A stretch of DNA of 63,715 bases, filler included, from Basidiobolus ranarum (GCA_040143965.1; 56 parts of 56 records of this genome joined end to end with filler, not necessarily neighbours in it), one strand, 5' to 3'; shown: positions 37,708 to 52,384, numbered from the whole stretch's first letter. The notes: generated from the letters alone by a model not told the origin. Translations and numbers: made by a program.

Positions 37708-38575
37708 TAATAATCTTATCAAGGACTAGGCTTTTATGTTCAAGTTTATCACAAGGTCTAGTGGTCTTGATATTTTTGCAGATTAGCTATACACAATCTC
37801 CTGGCTTGAGATCTGGGTTTGGCTTTCTTTTCTTGTTAGCAAAGATCTTGTATTGAGATTGAGCATGCTCCAACTTGGATATTGATTGTTTGTGGATGTT
37901 TTAAGGAAAGTGGCATGATATGAGGCAGCCAGGCAAAGTGGATTGGATGGTGGGTGAATTGTGAAATGGGGATGGAATCCTTAATTTGCAAAGAAAGGAG
38001 TTTGTTTTGTTGAGATATGATCAGAGTTGTTGTAAGCAAATCAGCAAGAGGCAAGAGTAATGTCCAATTATGTTGATTATGGTTGAAAGTGCATTGTAAA
38101 TTTTGTTCCAAAACTTGATTGCCTCTTTCTGTTTGGCTATCAGATTGGGCATGGAAGGAAGTGGAGGGATTGCTAGAGATACCCAAGGTTTGTACAAGAT
38201 ATTTCCAGAATTTGGAAGCAAATTGAGATCCTTGACCAGAGATGATAGTTTCAAGGAGTCCATGTGAGCAAAAAAATTTTGAGTTACCAACTCTGCTGGT
38301 TGTTTTGGATCAATTGACTGGTTGCAGAGCACAAAGGCCATCTTTGTTAGATGGTTGACAATTAGCAGAATTGTATTGTATTTGGCAGACAAGGGTAGGT
38401 CCATTATAAAATCCAAGGATATGGATTTCCACTGCAGATCAGGGATTTAAAGTGGCTATAGGAGGCCATAGGGCTGCTGTCTTGAAGTCCTCACTCTAGT
38501 ACAAGTATCACAGGTGCAAATAAAAGTCTTGACAAATGCAAACATTTTAGGCCACCAATAATTCTTGAATGCCAA
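37708..38575 (-). pseudogene. Gypsy integrase core fragment
   Basis: MDFIMDLPLS, HLTKMAF and STSFHAQSDSQTERGNQVLEQ. Confidence 0.88.
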
Positions 38576-39008
38576 CATACATGACTTTGTTAAAGTATTT
38601 GGGAGCCTGTTGGAAGTGGTTTGGAGAATTAGAGGAATTGGTGGTTTTCACTTATTGATGTATTGATTAGAAAGTTGACATTTATAGTTTTGTCAAGATG
38701 TAAACAAACTAACATGTAGAATATGTTAAGGAAGGTCCCAGGAACNNNNNNNNNNNNNNNNNNNNNNNNNNNNNNNNNNNNNNNNNNNNTTAATTAATTA
38801 ANNNNNNNNNNNNNNNNNNNNNNNNNNNNNNNNNNNNNNNNNNNNTAACATGTATGAATACCGCCAAGATACTGTCAAGAAACCGCCGTCACACCATCAA
38901 AATCCCTGGCAGAATGCAAGCCAACAATATTGTGACGGTTCTCTGACAGTTTTGCTCTTTTGGAGGGTGGATCCGATCCGGATCAAATCGATTTTATTTT
39001 TGTTAGGG

Positions 39009-39883
39009 ATTATCAGTACAGATAATCTTAATCTTTAGACCTGCTTCAGTCTCCACCATTGCTTTGAACCTGTTGAAGGTATCAAAAGCTTCATCCTTAC
39101 CGGCCTGAAAGTACACCCAAGTATACCTTGTCTTATCATCAATAAAGGTCATAAAGTACCTTTTTCTGCCTAAGGATTTTGTCTGCATTGGGTCACACAA
39201 ATCTGGATGTATTAGGCCCAATTTGTGAGCAATTTTGCTCATTCCAGAGCCCGCAAATGGCTCTCTGTGTTTCATATCATATAGGCAACCTTCACATAGC
39301 TCCAGATCCGGTGGAATTACAAAATTTAGTTCCAAAACCATCTTGTTTTTGATTACATTTCTCATATTTTCAGCTCCTAGATGGCCCAATCTCCTATGCC
39401 AGATTTTCCAGTCTATCTCTTCAGCTGTGGCGGTATTAAATTGTTCATATATTGGCCTAATATCATGAATTCTATGCAGGTTAATTTGCTTAGCTCTAGA
39501 AGCTATGTAATTGCCTTTTTGATCCCTGATTGTAAAGACATTTGGTCAAAATTGAAGCTATATCCCTCAGAGGTAGCTTTACTCACTGATAACAAATTTT
39601 TTGCTAACCCAGGCACATATAGCACATTTTTCAGTGTCAAACACATGTCCCCAGAGATGCCCCAAAAGATCCACTTCAATTTCTCTCACTCCCAGAGCTT
39701 CTAGTGGCTGGTCATCTCTCATATTAACCTCCTTGTTTATGTCAGTTTTGAGTGTCTTAAACCTGTTTTTTTGATTAGAGAAATCTTGAGAGGCTTTGGA
39801 ATCAATATATCATGACCTACAGTTTTGTTCAGAGGGCACTGATAGGGCAGAAATGAATCAAACTTCCTCTTTGGTTGAAACCT
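39009..39883 (-). pseudogene. Copia protease / GAG-pre-integrase / integrase start; CACTA-like end inserted at 38846-39008
   Basis: GHLG...CEGC, LIHPDLC, YFMTFIDD and ICTDN. Confidence 0.86.
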
Positions 39884-40187
39884 NNNNNNNNNNNNNNNNN
39901 NNNNNNNNNNNNNNNNNNNNNNNNNNNTTAATTAATTAANNNNNNNNNNNNNNNNNNNNNNNNNNNNNNNNNNNNNNNNNNNNGGCAGAAATACACCATG
40001 TGTGGGAGGACAAGATTGGTTAGGTTTCATGGATTGTTCAAAAGAACATGACTTCCAAATAAGGTAATCTGGACAAACTAACACAAGATTGCTAAGAAGA
40101 GATGGCACAGCAGATATGATGTCATAATCTAATAATAGAGAAGTTGTATTTGTAGTGGATCAGTATGCGGAGATCAGAATCATGACA

Positions 40188-40760
40188 GGTACAAGTGGAA
40201 TACACTTGTCAATCATATGACTTGTAATCCTTCAGTAGTTAAACTATCTTCATGTCAAAGTGGTTATTTGGCTTTCACCTGTGATCTGAGAAACCTGAAG
40301 TCAGGTAATGTTTGCATACAAATGGCAATCACTGAAGTAGGTAAATATCATTCATATCTGTCTTACATACCAGTGATTCCCCTTCTTAAAGTTTTGATGA
40401 AATCACCCAAAAATAGATCATTGATCTATTACCAAAGTACTCACCATAAAGCTGATGGTATTATCAATATACTTGATGGATATCACTACCAGAATCCAAA
40501 AAGTCAAGGTTTTCTTGTGTGCATGTATCATCAAGCATTTGCATTGGCTCTGGATTGTTTCTCAAAAAACAAATATGCCTGTGGAAAGGCTTGCTGGCCA
40601 ATAATTTTAATTAACTTAAATCTTCCTCCTTGTGAATGGCCTAAGAACATAACATTTTGATACTATCCATCATATCTGGACCTATATCACCAGTGTTTAT
40701 AGATAGCCTTGTGGAGCCTTTGATGGTGAAATTCAAATGGTTATCTAATGGGGTTCAGAT
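40188..40760 (+). pseudogene. CACTA-like transposase fragment between a gypsy LTR and a copia LTR
   Basis: ORF 40217-40660 ALALDCFS...CWPIILINLNLPP. Confidence 0.8.
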
Positions 40761-41121
40761 GGTATTGGGAAAATATGGGCTGTTTGGAGGAACTTTAGAA
40801 AAGTGGAGTTGTGAATAGCTTTGTGAGATAATTATTTATTGACCAGAAATTAAGCATTTATACATTTTGGTGGAAATACAGAAAACTAACACTGGGGTTG
40901 TGTTCAGAACATCTGTGGGAGTAAAATGAGCTATCTTTGGGGCAATTTGGACAAGTTTGAAATTTCCAATATGTAATTGCTAATTCTCACATAATTCACA
41001 TATATATAAAATATATGTTCCNNNNNNNNNNNNNNNNNNNNNNNNNNNNNNNNNNNNNNNNNNNNTTAATTAATTAANNNNNNNNNNNNNNNNNNNNNNN
41101 NNNNNNNNNNNNNNNNNNNNN

Positions 41122-42158
41122 TGGACATTGCATTGTGGTTTATCAGTCCTTAGACATTTCTAGAGACTTGATTCCCTTCCACAAAGACCCAAGAGACAAG
41201 AGACAGACCCAGATTACAGTAAATCCCAGAGTTATTCAACCATGGTTATTGCACCCTTTGAACACCTCACAAGACCCTGAGGATATTGCAGTTATAGTTG
41301 CTGCTTAAACCCTAAAACAACTGCATTTGGCACCCAACATGGGGGGTTCAACTGAATCTCTCTGAAGACTTACAACCAGAAAGACTACTACTACTACAAC
41401 TCATCCAACATATCAACCCTAATACTACCATTATGTGGATCCCCAGGAACTCACTTCTTTGATGGAACTAAAGTTCAAGCATTCATCAGGAGATGGGAAC
41501 TTTTCTGCCAAGCTCATAATGTTCCTTAAGACAGAATGGCTGAGGAACTACCACCTTACTGTGAAGATGATAGTATATTAGCACTTAAGATAACCCTTCC
41601 ATATTACAAGACTGGAACCTTATGAAAGGACACTTGCTAGAAAACTATGGAGAACCCTGCCATACCTACTCAATTTATGACTTGGAGGACTTTGCCAAAA
41701 CCAGCTTCTCAAAGATGCCTACCAAACAATTTATCCAAGAACTTGAAAGTATTAGAGTACCTTTGATCCAACAAGGTGTTATTACTGAAGTTACCCTTAC
41801 TATTTGCCTATTAAATGCCTTACCCCAACACCTACTGACAAAAGTAGATCAAGAAACTATGGGCCAATCAACCTTCAATATTCCTTCTCTTGCCAGTGTG
41901 AAGAAAGTCCTCCTAGCAAGTCAGGAGAACTCAGCACTCATGAAGATGCTCTAGAAGAGCAGGGAACAACAGCAACCAAGACTAGAAGAACCTTTAACAA
42001 GAAACAGAACAGTTGATGCTGAGGAAGAACTGTCCAACATCAGTGAGAAACTTGAATGTCTCCCTTTGAAGATTGGAAGTGAGTCCTACCAAGGAGGAAC
42101 ATATCAATCTCCCTACCCATCTAACTGTGTATGGTGTGACTCAACCGAGCATTCCAAG
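41122..42158 (+). mobile_element. Second Ty3/gypsy-like family: LTR end (41325), tRNA-Lys-type PBS (41328-41344), degenerate gag with Cys/His knuckle
   Basis: TGGCACCCAACATGGGG is TGGCGCCCAACGTGGGG with both CpGs mutated. Translation includes FDGTKVQAFIRRWELFC and CVWCDSTEH. Confidence 0.72.
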
Positions 42159-42258
42159 NNNNNNNNNNNNNNNNNNNNNNNNNNNNNNNNNNNNNNNNNN
42201 NNTTAATTAATTAANNNNNNNNNNNNNNNNNNNNNNNNNNNNNNNNNNNNNNNNNNNN

Positions 42259-43295
42259 TTATTTCATTCTGGTCATATAACTGTGGAAACTCCATGGAAT
42301 TTCGACTTTTGGCAGTGTTACTGAAGCTTTGAGGCAAAGCACAGCCAGTGGACACAGTGGGCAGAATTAAAGTTGATTATGTGCACTTATTACCATTGAT
42401 ATTCACCAGACTTTGTGCAGCTGGTGGCTTTATACAGTGACTGGCTTGTGATTCTTTTTCTATCAATCCTCTGGCTTTCATAGCTCAGGAATTTGTACAA
42501 TTATAGCAGGGCTTCTTTAAATGTTTTGTTGCAGCATGAGAAGGATATTTTAGAATGAAGAACACCTCCTACATAAGGGTTGTATCTTAGATATATCCCA
42601 TCAATATCATCAGCTAACTTTTGGACAGTTTCACAGACAAGTCATCAGGGGAATTACAAGATACATATGGTAATGCATGGCAATTTTGGTTAGTTATAAG
42701 CTGTTTCTAAGCAATCTCATTACACCAAGCCTACCATCAGACAATATCAACACCATTAAAAAAGCATTGCAAATTTAAATCAAAATTGGCTTCCAAGCAA
42801 ATGCCTGCTGGCACACAAGGAAAAAAACCAGCAAGAACAGAGGACTTAATTGATGAGCAGTCTAGCAATCCACTATCCACTTTGGAAGGTATTAACATGC
42901 CAGAAACTAACTCAAGTAATGATAAAGCATTAATCAATTTACCAGATGTGTTCCTTTCCAGCAATAGTGTAAGTGAATAGGTTGGAGCCCCCCAATTAGG
43001 TAGCAAATCAATAGTTGAGCAAAGTTCAACCAAAACACCATCAAGACCATCAACTTCCAAAATCGCTACTTTGAGAGAGCTAAATTTAACAGAAACACCA
43101 TTAAGACCATGAACATCCAAAATGGCTACTCTGCCAATTATCAAACAATCCTCCATAGAGAATTTGGTTAGAATCATTATAACAAGGGAATTGTAGACAG
43201 AACACTGTTATGATTTGCATGCAATAATAAGTAAAAACTACAAAGTTGTTATACAGGTCATGACGACCAATAATGCTGCAATATTGGAATAAATG
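42259..43295. mobile_element. CACTA-like element centre with divergent transposase (minus) and ORF2 (plus) starts
   Basis: Homologous to 33700-34190 and to 2294-2520. Confidence 0.72.
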
Positions 43296-45669
43296 NNNNN
43301 NNNNNNNNNNNNNNNNNNNNNNNNNNNNNNNNNNNNNNNTTAATTAATTAANNNNNNNNNNNNNNNNNNNNNNNNNNNNNNNNNNNNNNNNNNNNAAATA
43401 AGCTAATCTGGATGAACAAACACCAGATTGCCAAGACGGGCTGGCAAAGCAGATATGATGTCATAATCTAATAATAAAAGAGTTTTATTTGCAGTGGATC
43501 AGTATGCCAAGATCAGAATCATGACAACAGTTGCCAATTGACTGTGGTAAAGGTGTAAGAAAACCAATGAACCACTGGTTGCTGCAGATTGAATTGAATT
43601 ATTCAATTCTTAATAATCAAAGCTGCTGCCTTTACTGTAAATGTAATGAGTTTGCTAATGCCTGAAATAGTAAAGAGTTCACAACAATACCATTGTCTTC
43701 TTCTTCTTCTTCCAATATAATACCATCAGTACTAGAAAATCTAAGGCCAAAATCCAGTAGCATATCCTCAAAGGTTTCTTGACTCTCTGGTTTGACCAAG
43801 GTTTCATTTATACATGTATCATTCTAGTGGTATAGCTGTGGGAACTCCACAGTATCTTGACTTTCAGCAGCAATACCTGAACTTTGAGGCCAGTGGACTT
43901 AGTGGGCAAAACTAAAGTTTATTTTGTGCACTTATTGCTGTTGATGTACACCTGGCTTTGAGCAGCTGATGGCTTTGTACAGTGACTGTGCTTGTGATTA
44001 TTTTCTTGTTGAAGCCTCCGGCTTTCATAGCACAAGAATTTGCAACAATAATAGCAGGGCTTCTTTAAATGTTTGTGTAGCAGCATTAGAAGGATATTGC
44101 TGAAAAATGAACACCTCCTGCAATTTTTGCAAAAATAAAATTTTTAAAAGGCAAATTACCGGGTTTACTGCTGCAGGAATTCAAATTCATATGCATGCCT
44201 TTATTTAGATATTTCTGGCTTTGTATTTCAGCCACAATGAGAATCAAACAATAGAAGAGTCTTGTTGTGTATAGTCTCTACATATGCACATACTTGACTG
44301 ATCAGGTATAACTCAACAACATCAATATACATTACCAGCAAACTAACAGTAGAACAACTGCTAAACATCTGAAATTTTGAATAGCACTGATGCTTGGCAA
44401 ATAGCTGACTCTTGTTACTGTTCACAATGAGANNNNNNNNNNNNNNNNNNNNNNNNNNNNNNNNNNNNNNNNNNNNTTAATTAATTAANNNNNNNNNNNN
44501 NNNNNNNNNNNNNNNNNNNNNNNNNNNNNNNNTGTTGAGCCATAGTTCTCTGAAAGTTTAGCCAATCATGCACAACTATTTTGCAAGATCTTGAAATTTC
44601 ACTGCTGAAACTGAAAAAATTGATTAAAATCAAATCTAACTTGACCATTTTATGATGGTAAGTAAATGGTCAATTCCAAATGGATTAAAATTGTGATGGT
44701 TTTCCTATGATAACAATCCTCAAATTTCTGTTTGGGATTCCTTCATCAGACCTCAGTCTGATCAACACCAGTTATCAGTAAAGATTCTTGCCAAAGTATT
44801 TTCCCTGTCCAGTCTTGTCTTGTGGTCTACACCCAAGTACTCTCCAGCCTTCTAGCCTCTTATTATTGTTTCCAGTCCTTGTCCAGTCTCTTATTGTGAC
44901 ATTATCTCCTTGTCCCATGAGTTTTTTATATCCTGCTTCTAAAGTAATACTTAAGCTACTTTTCTTTCTTATCCAAGTTGATAACTATTTATAGTTAAAA
45001 GATATTTCATAAATAGGTCTATACTTGTCCAACTGCCATTTGCTTGTAAAAACCCAGGATATGCCACAAGAAATAAGTTGAGAACTTTTTTGAGTAATAT
45101 CTGGCTTCTGGTCTTGCCAGGATTGACTCAAATTGAGGTGCTTTTGTGTAAGATTCCACACATTTTCCAAGATGTTAGACCATACCTCATCAGTGTAACT
45201 GACAACTGCTCTGACATTCATTGTCTTTTTGTTTGCTGGTTTCTCTACAAGACTTTTACTTCCACATTGACATGCAATTTATGGTTTTTGTTTAGGTTTG
45301 ATTGTTGCACACAGATTCTGCTTAGCTAGATTGTTATAGTAACACTTATTGATGTCATAAGGTATTGATTAAAATCTGGTATCAAAATGGGTAGAAGAAC
45401 CCTAATGGAAATTTGAGGACTGTAATTTTAAGAAAACCATCACAATTTTATTCCATTTTGGATTGACTATTTACTTAACATCAGAAAATCATCAAGTTAG
45501 ATTTGATTTTGATCATTTTTTTCAGTTTCAAGAGTGAAATTTCAAGATCTTGCAAAATAGTGGCAAAGGNNNNNNNNNNNNNNNNNNNNNNNNNNNNNNN
45601 NNNNNNNNNNNNNTTAATTAATTAANNNNNNNNNNNNNNNNNNNNNNNNNNNNNNNNNNNNNNNNNNNN

Positions 45670-46373
45670 CAAGATTTACCAAAACAGTTCTGGCCTGAAT
45701 TGGTGGCAACCACAGTTTATATTAGGAATAGATGTCCTTCTAGGTCTCTATTGGCTATGTCACCTTATCAAGCTTGGTTTGGAAGTAAACCTGATGTAGC
45801 TTATCTCAGAGTTTTTGGAAGTACCACATATGCAATGATTTCAGACCAAAAGAGATCAAAATTAAACCAAAAAGCCAGAAGTGTCTTTTTTTGGATATTA
45901 TGATGGAACAAAAGGGTACAGACTATATGACACTGAGAATAAAAGGCTAATCAAGTCAAGTGGTGTGGAATTTGCTGAAAATTTTTTTTTTCATAAAAAC
46001 AATCCAGGATCAAGAAAAACAACCAAAAATTGATGAAAATTCTTCTTTTTCTCAACAGATCCTGATCAGTGAGAAAAACATTGAAAATTCCCCACCTGCA
46101 GTCTCCTCAACCAAGCCTGAGGTGATTACATTGCCTAGGTTAGTACCAGAAGTTGTAGTGCCAATTTCCCTTCTTAGGAGATCCAATTGGATGAGATCTC
46201 TGCCTGATTACTATTCTCACACAAGCCAAAAGGAGCCTGGTGCTAATTTAGTGTTTTCTCATGAACCTAAATCAGTACAGGAGGTTATGGAGAGTCCCAA
46301 CACAAAGTTTTGGAGTACTGCAATGGCAGAGAAGTATCAGTCACTCATAGATAACCAAACTTGGACTTTTGTT
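45670..46373 (+). pseudogene. Copia integrase C-terminal fragment interrupted by CACTA-like terminus at 46374
   Basis: YIRNRCP, LRVFGS, EPKSVQE and AMAEKYQSLIDNQTW. Confidence 0.85.
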
Positions 46374-47942
46374 CCCTAACAGAAATTTGAGGATTATTAT
46401 TGTAGGAAAACTGTCTCAATTCTAATCCATTTGGGGTTAACCATTTACTTACCATCACAAAATTGTCAAGTTAGACTTGACTTTAATCAATTTTTTCAGT
46501 TTCAGAAGTGAAATTTCTAGATCTGGCAAAATAGTTGCACATGATTGGCTAAAATCTCAGAGAACTATGGATCAACACATGTGCAAAAAACGTATCTCAA
46601 ATTTTACACAATTACCACTTGAACGCTAATTTGTCACCTTTGAAATCCCTAGTCTCTTTGATATATTCTCCTGAATATTTTTATAGAGTTCTTCATACCC
46701 AAGGTTNNNNNNNNNNNNNNNNNNNNNNNNNNNNNNNNNNNNNNNNNNNNTTAATTAATTAANNNNNNNNNNNNNNNNNNNNNNNNNNNNNNNNNNNNNN
46801 NNNNNNTTCAGAACATCTGTGGGAGTAAAATGAGCTATATTTGGGGCAATTTGGACAAGTTTGAAATTTCCAATATGGAATTGCTAATTCTCACATTATT
46901 CACATATATATATAATAGGTTCCAATTTCACATCTATGTGATATTTGACTAAGTAATGTTAACTAACTTATATGTGATATATGAAATAGTTAGGTGTATA
47001 AAGATAGAGATAATAAAGATGATAAAGACAATAAACTTTGACAAATACTCATATACATTCTTGAGATGTTTCATAAATACACCTATATTAGCCCAGTTGC
47101 CATTTGCTTGTACAAACCCAGGATATTCAACATGAAATGAGTCAAGAACCATAAGAGTAACACCTGGTTTTTGATTTTTCCACAATTAGCTCAAATTAAG
47201 GTGATTTTGGGCAAGAATCTAATTGGTATTGAAAATGTAAAACCATTCATTATCACAGCAAGTGACAGCAGCTCAGACATTCAGAGTCTTTTGATTTGCT
47301 GCCTTTCATATGCTATTTCTACTTTTGTGAAGTCAAGTAATTTCCCATTGTTGTGTAGGCTTAATGGTCCAACATATATTCTGCTCTGTTAGATTCTCAT
47401 GGTTGGACATCAAGGTAGCTTAACTACTGAATGATTATAAGTCATAGAATTGACTAGTATTTTCAATTTGTACCAGGTCTGTGGTAAGTTAAAGTGGCCA
47501 ATCAACTATGGTAAAAGTTTAGGAAAGCTAATAAACACATTGTGCTAAGATTGGTTTGAACTCTTCTCTCCTCAATAATCAAAGCTGTGTCCTTTACTGT
47601 AAGTATTATATGTGGATTAAGGCTTGTTTGTAACAAAGAGTCTGTAATAAAACCGGTGTCTTCTTCTTCATCTCCTAATATAATACCATCAGTACTGCAA
47701 TAACCAAGGTCAACATCTGGCAGCATGTCCTCTAAGTTGTCTGGCCTTATTGGTTCAACCAAAGTTGCATTTTACCTACATCATTGTGGTCATATAATGG
47801 TGGTATCTCCACAGTATCGTGACGTTCAGCAGTGTTACCAAGNNNNNNNNNNNNNNNNNNNNNNNNNNNNNNNNNNNNNNNNNNNNTTAATTAATTAANN
47901 NNNNNNNNNNNNNNNNNNNNNNNNNNNNNNNNNNNNNNNNNN

Positions 47943-48978
47943 TGGAAAACAAGCCAGGCAACTGTTCAAGAGCTCTGGTTTAATCAAATCTGTCAAAAAA
48001 TTGGATCTAATTCATTCAGATTTGTGTGGACCTATGCAAAATTTATCTTTAGGCAGAAAAAGATATTTAATCACATTTATTGATGATTATACAAGATACA
48101 CTTGGGTCTACTTTATGGAAAGAAAAGAAGAAGCTCTCTCTATCTTTAGAGATTTTAAAACACTTGTGGAGACTGAAACTGGAACTAAAATCAAGAAAAT
48201 ATGTACTGATAATGGTGGAGAATATACTTCAACACTATTTAAGCACTTTTGCAAAGTTCATGGAATTAAGCAAGAAACTACTGCTCCCTATTCACCTCAA
48301 CAAAATGGAGTTGCTGAAAGAGCTAACAGGACTATAATAGAAATGGCAAGATCTATGATAAATGCACAAAATTTATCTCATAACTTTTGGGCAGAATCTG
48401 TTGCTACAGCTGTATATCTGAAGAATAGGAGTTTTACTAGAAGTCTGTCTAACTCTGCACCATATCAAGCTTGGCTTGGAGTTAAACCTGATGTAAAACA
48501 TTTGAGGATCTTTGGATTCATTGCTTACGTCAAAATTATGACCAAAAATTTTTCTTAATTTGATCCAAAAAGTAAGAAATATATATTTCTGGGTTATTGT
48601 ACTCAAACTAAGGCCTACAGACTCTATGAAACCAAAATTTGTAAGTCAATCATGTCCAGGGATGTTTTGTTTAATGAAAATGAAATATTTTCACCAAAAA
48701 TGACCTCAGATGATGACAAAAATCAATTTTCTCCTGATCTGATCATTCAAATTGATTCAAACCAAAACAATAAAAAAAAGTAGCATTCCTGTGGCCTCCT
48801 CAACCAAGCTTTTGCCTACTGGAGTGCCCAATACAATGCCAGAAGTTGTGTACCTTAAACTCAAACCAGGCCCTCAAATCGGAGCAGAAATCGCCCTGAT
48901 TACTCTATCAATGAGTCCAAGAATTGGGCCTATGCCTGCACAGCCCAAATACATGAACCCCAGACTGTAAAAGAGGCC
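47943..48978 (+). pseudogene. Copia integrase core
   Basis: DLIHSDLCGPM, FIDD, TDNGGEY and PQQNGVAERANRT. Confidence 0.93.
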
Positions 48979-49078
48979 NNNNNNNNNNNNNNNNNNNNNN
49001 NNNNNNNNNNNNNNNNNNNNNNTTAATTAATTAANNNNNNNNNNNNNNNNNNNNNNNNNNNNNNNNNNNNNNNNNNNN

Positions 49079-50114
49079 CTACGTGATAAGGCAACAGGTT
49101 TTGCTTGCTGGCTAACTAGTTGATATGTAATCACAAAATCAAAACTGGCAAGAAATAATGACCATCTTGCTTGACAACGGTTGAGAACTTTGGTTGTACT
49201 AAAATACTAAAGATTTCTGTGATCACAATAAACTGTGTTTTTGTGATTTGCTCCATTCAAGTATTGGCACCATTGTTCAAACACCGCAATGATTGCTAAT
49301 AGTTCCTTGTCATAGATGTCATAGTTGATTTCTGTGGCAGAGAACTTTCTGGACTAAAAGGAAACAGGGTGCAGTAAGTTGTCAATGTCAAACTGTAATA
49401 GTACTGCTCCTAGAGCAAAGCTGGAAGCATCAGTTTCAACAATAAATGGCTTGTTGAGCTTGGGATGTGCCAGGATTGGTGCTGAGGTAAAGGCACACTT
49501 CAAAGTTACAAATGCTTGTTGGTAAGTTGGGTTCAAGTCAAATGGGAGTTTTTTCTTTGTGAGGTTTGTTAATGGAGTATATATTTTTGAGTAGCTCTTG
49601 ACAAACCGTTGGTAAAAGTTTACAAATCCAAGGGAAGACTGGACATCCTTCACATTCTTGGGAATATCTAAAAACAGAACAAATTTAACTTTCTTAGGGT
49701 CCATGGAAATGCCTGATGTGCAGATGTTATATCCAAGGAATTCAATTTGAGCTTGATCAAATTCACATTTCTCAAGTTTGGCATAGAGCCAAGAGGTTAT
49801 AAACTTTTCTAGGACTTGGGAAACATGAATAATATGTTCTTCTTGAGAGCTTGGTAAGATCAAGATGTCATCAAGGTAGATTACCACAAATTGGTTAAGA
49901 TACTCTCTGAAGATATCATTCATCATGTGCTGAAAGACTGCAGGGGCATTGGTAAGTCTAAATGGCATGACATTGTATTCAAAGTGTCCATAGCAAGTTC
50001 AAAAAGCACTTTTCCATTGGTCCCCTGGTTTGATTCTTACCAGATTGTAAGCCCATCTTAGATCAATTTTTATAAACATCTTGGCTGAAGCAAGCTGATC
50101 AAAGAGTGAGCTGA
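49079..50114 (-). pseudogene. Gypsy RT-RNase H fragment
   Basis: YLDDILI, FIVETDASSFALGAVL, YDKELLAI and DHRNL. Confidence 0.92.
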
Positions 50115-50214
50115 NNNNNNNNNNNNNNNNNNNNNNNNNNNNNNNNNNNNNNNNNNNNTTAATTAATTAANNNNNNNNNNNNNNNNNNNNNNNNNNNNNN
50201 NNNNNNNNNNNNNN

Positions 50215-51250
50215 ATGCACTTTGTTCTTTTTTAACTTGGAGTAAAACTATGGTTTCAGATAGTTTTGCATTGTCTGCTTCCCCTTCAACAGTGTCCCAA
50301 AGTTCTCTTTCTTGCAGCAGTATTTTCATTTTAATTTTCTAAACTTGATAATTGGTTCTATCCAATTTCTCAGGAGAGGGAAAAGTTCCATAGATTTGAG
50401 AAGTAGACATTACAGAGAGTGCAAGCTTTGGGCTCTCAACCTGTTAAATCATTTGGGAGCCTGTTGGAAGTAGTTTGAAGAATTAGAGGAATTGGTGGTT
50501 TTCACTTATTGATTTATTGAGTAGAAAGTTGACATTTGTAGTTTTGTCAAGATATAAGCAAACCAATGTGTAGAATGTGTTAAGAATGGTTCCAGGAACA
50601 TGTGTGCAAATTTTGGGGCTTCTAGCAATAGTTTTAAAAATCTATATATCTAAAAACTTCCAAGTTAGTAAAAATATTCCAAGTAAATTCTGATTTAGAA
50701 TAATGGATGATATTGTAGTGAGTTATAAGATAACTAAGTATTAAGCTATATATGACCATATTGATGCTTAGGCATTGTCAATTGCAACACTGAATAGCCT
50801 GCAACACAGGTATCAGAGCCTAGTAATGGCTCTAGATTCAAGAACTGAAAATGTGACCTTAAATTATGTATTTGGCAGACTTCTGGATGAAGATTTATGC
50901 AAATCAGGACTCAACCAAAAGAATGAAGAAAATGATTTAATAGGGTATGGGAAATCTCATATAAAGGTCAAAAGTAATTAAAAAGAAAAGTAACATATTT
51001 TGTGATTACTGCAAAAGAACTGGACATATAAGCAAAGATTACTTGAAAGATTTCCAAAAGAAGAAACATGTACTGATTCTGGAACTGTGGTTACAACAGA
51101 AGATCACTTGTCAGTATCTGCTCTATCTATGACTGCCAACAAGGATTCTCAGACATGGTATATTGATCCTGGAGCCTCCCAACATTTCACAAATGAATAA
51201 TATTGGTTTGTGGATTATGAAGAAATCCCAATTAGAAAGGCTTTCATGGG
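50215..51250. mobile_element. Copia family A LTR/gag (minus) abutting gag-protease (plus)
   Basis: Minus-strand LTR at about 50442-50790. The plus strand has CDYCKRTGH and WYIDPGASQHFT. Confidence 0.8.
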
Positions 51251-51350
51251 NNNNNNNNNNNNNNNNNNNNNNNNNNNNNNNNNNNNNNNNNNNNTTAATT
51301 AATTAANNNNNNNNNNNNNNNNNNNNNNNNNNNNNNNNNNNNNNNNNNNN

Positions 51351-52384
51351 TTATCACACAAGCAACTTAGTCTGATTATAGAGGTACTTACTCTATGTCC
51401 ATGGATTTGGCTATATTACTGTTATTGTGCTCAAACAATGTGAAAACCTGTGAGCTCATTGAAAAGAGCCCTTTGTTGGCAGGTTAATATACTCTGGAGT
51501 CTCCTTTACCCATTGCATTACATCCATCACTGATTTTGCTGACACATTGTTAATCAGATTAGGATATGATAATACTGATGATTTCACATGGAGCATCATT
51601 TCACTACAGGTGCACTCAATTGGGAACTCCCAGAAAGTATAGCAAGGGCCTATAATCTCTAATCATTGTGAAAAATGCAGCAAGAAATGTATTTAAAACT
51701 GGCACAGATTCAGTCTATCTTCTATAAACCTGTAATAAAGTTTTTCATATCCAATTACAAAATCTTCGCACAGTTGCTGTATCTGCCTGAGATCTGCCAA
51801 TGTGAGTTGATGCCGTAAGAATATATTAACAATATTCACAAACAACTCCCAATGTTGCCAAAACTTATCAGGCAGAAATCTCTTCAAAATTCCACTTGAA
51901 TATATACAAATCCAATACTTCCAGTCTTTGCACTTGAATAAATGCCTAGATGAGTGGATATTGATGGGAGTCCTGGTAAAATATGATGGTATCTTGACAT
52001 TTTCAAGCATTTTCCCAATCCATTCAAGCTTTGATCCTATCTCAACTGGCTCTTTCATACTGAATTTTCAACTAAATAGCTGAGTAAGCAATATCAGAAT
52101 GTTTTGGAATAGTAAGTGCATAGTGCCTAATGGGAAGCTTCAGCTCCAGCTAATCCCCTTATACAATATAATCTTAGGCTTATGGCTAATACCAAGCTTG
52201 ATGTTAGATTGACTATTTGGTGAATTGATGTCAGTGATCATATTGAAATCTGGCCAGGCTATTGTTGGTAAAATCAGGAAGTTTAGTGTTTTATTTGGAT
52301 AGTAGTAATGCATATGCCTGTTAGAGTAAACTCAATTGATTTGACAAAATCTACAGCAAGATAGTACATTGTGCTTGCAAAAAC
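51351..52384 (-). pseudogene. CACTA-like transposase central/C-terminal fragment
   Basis: FKCKDWK...FVIGYEKLYY...HFLLH...GPCYTFWEFP. Confidence 0.8.
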
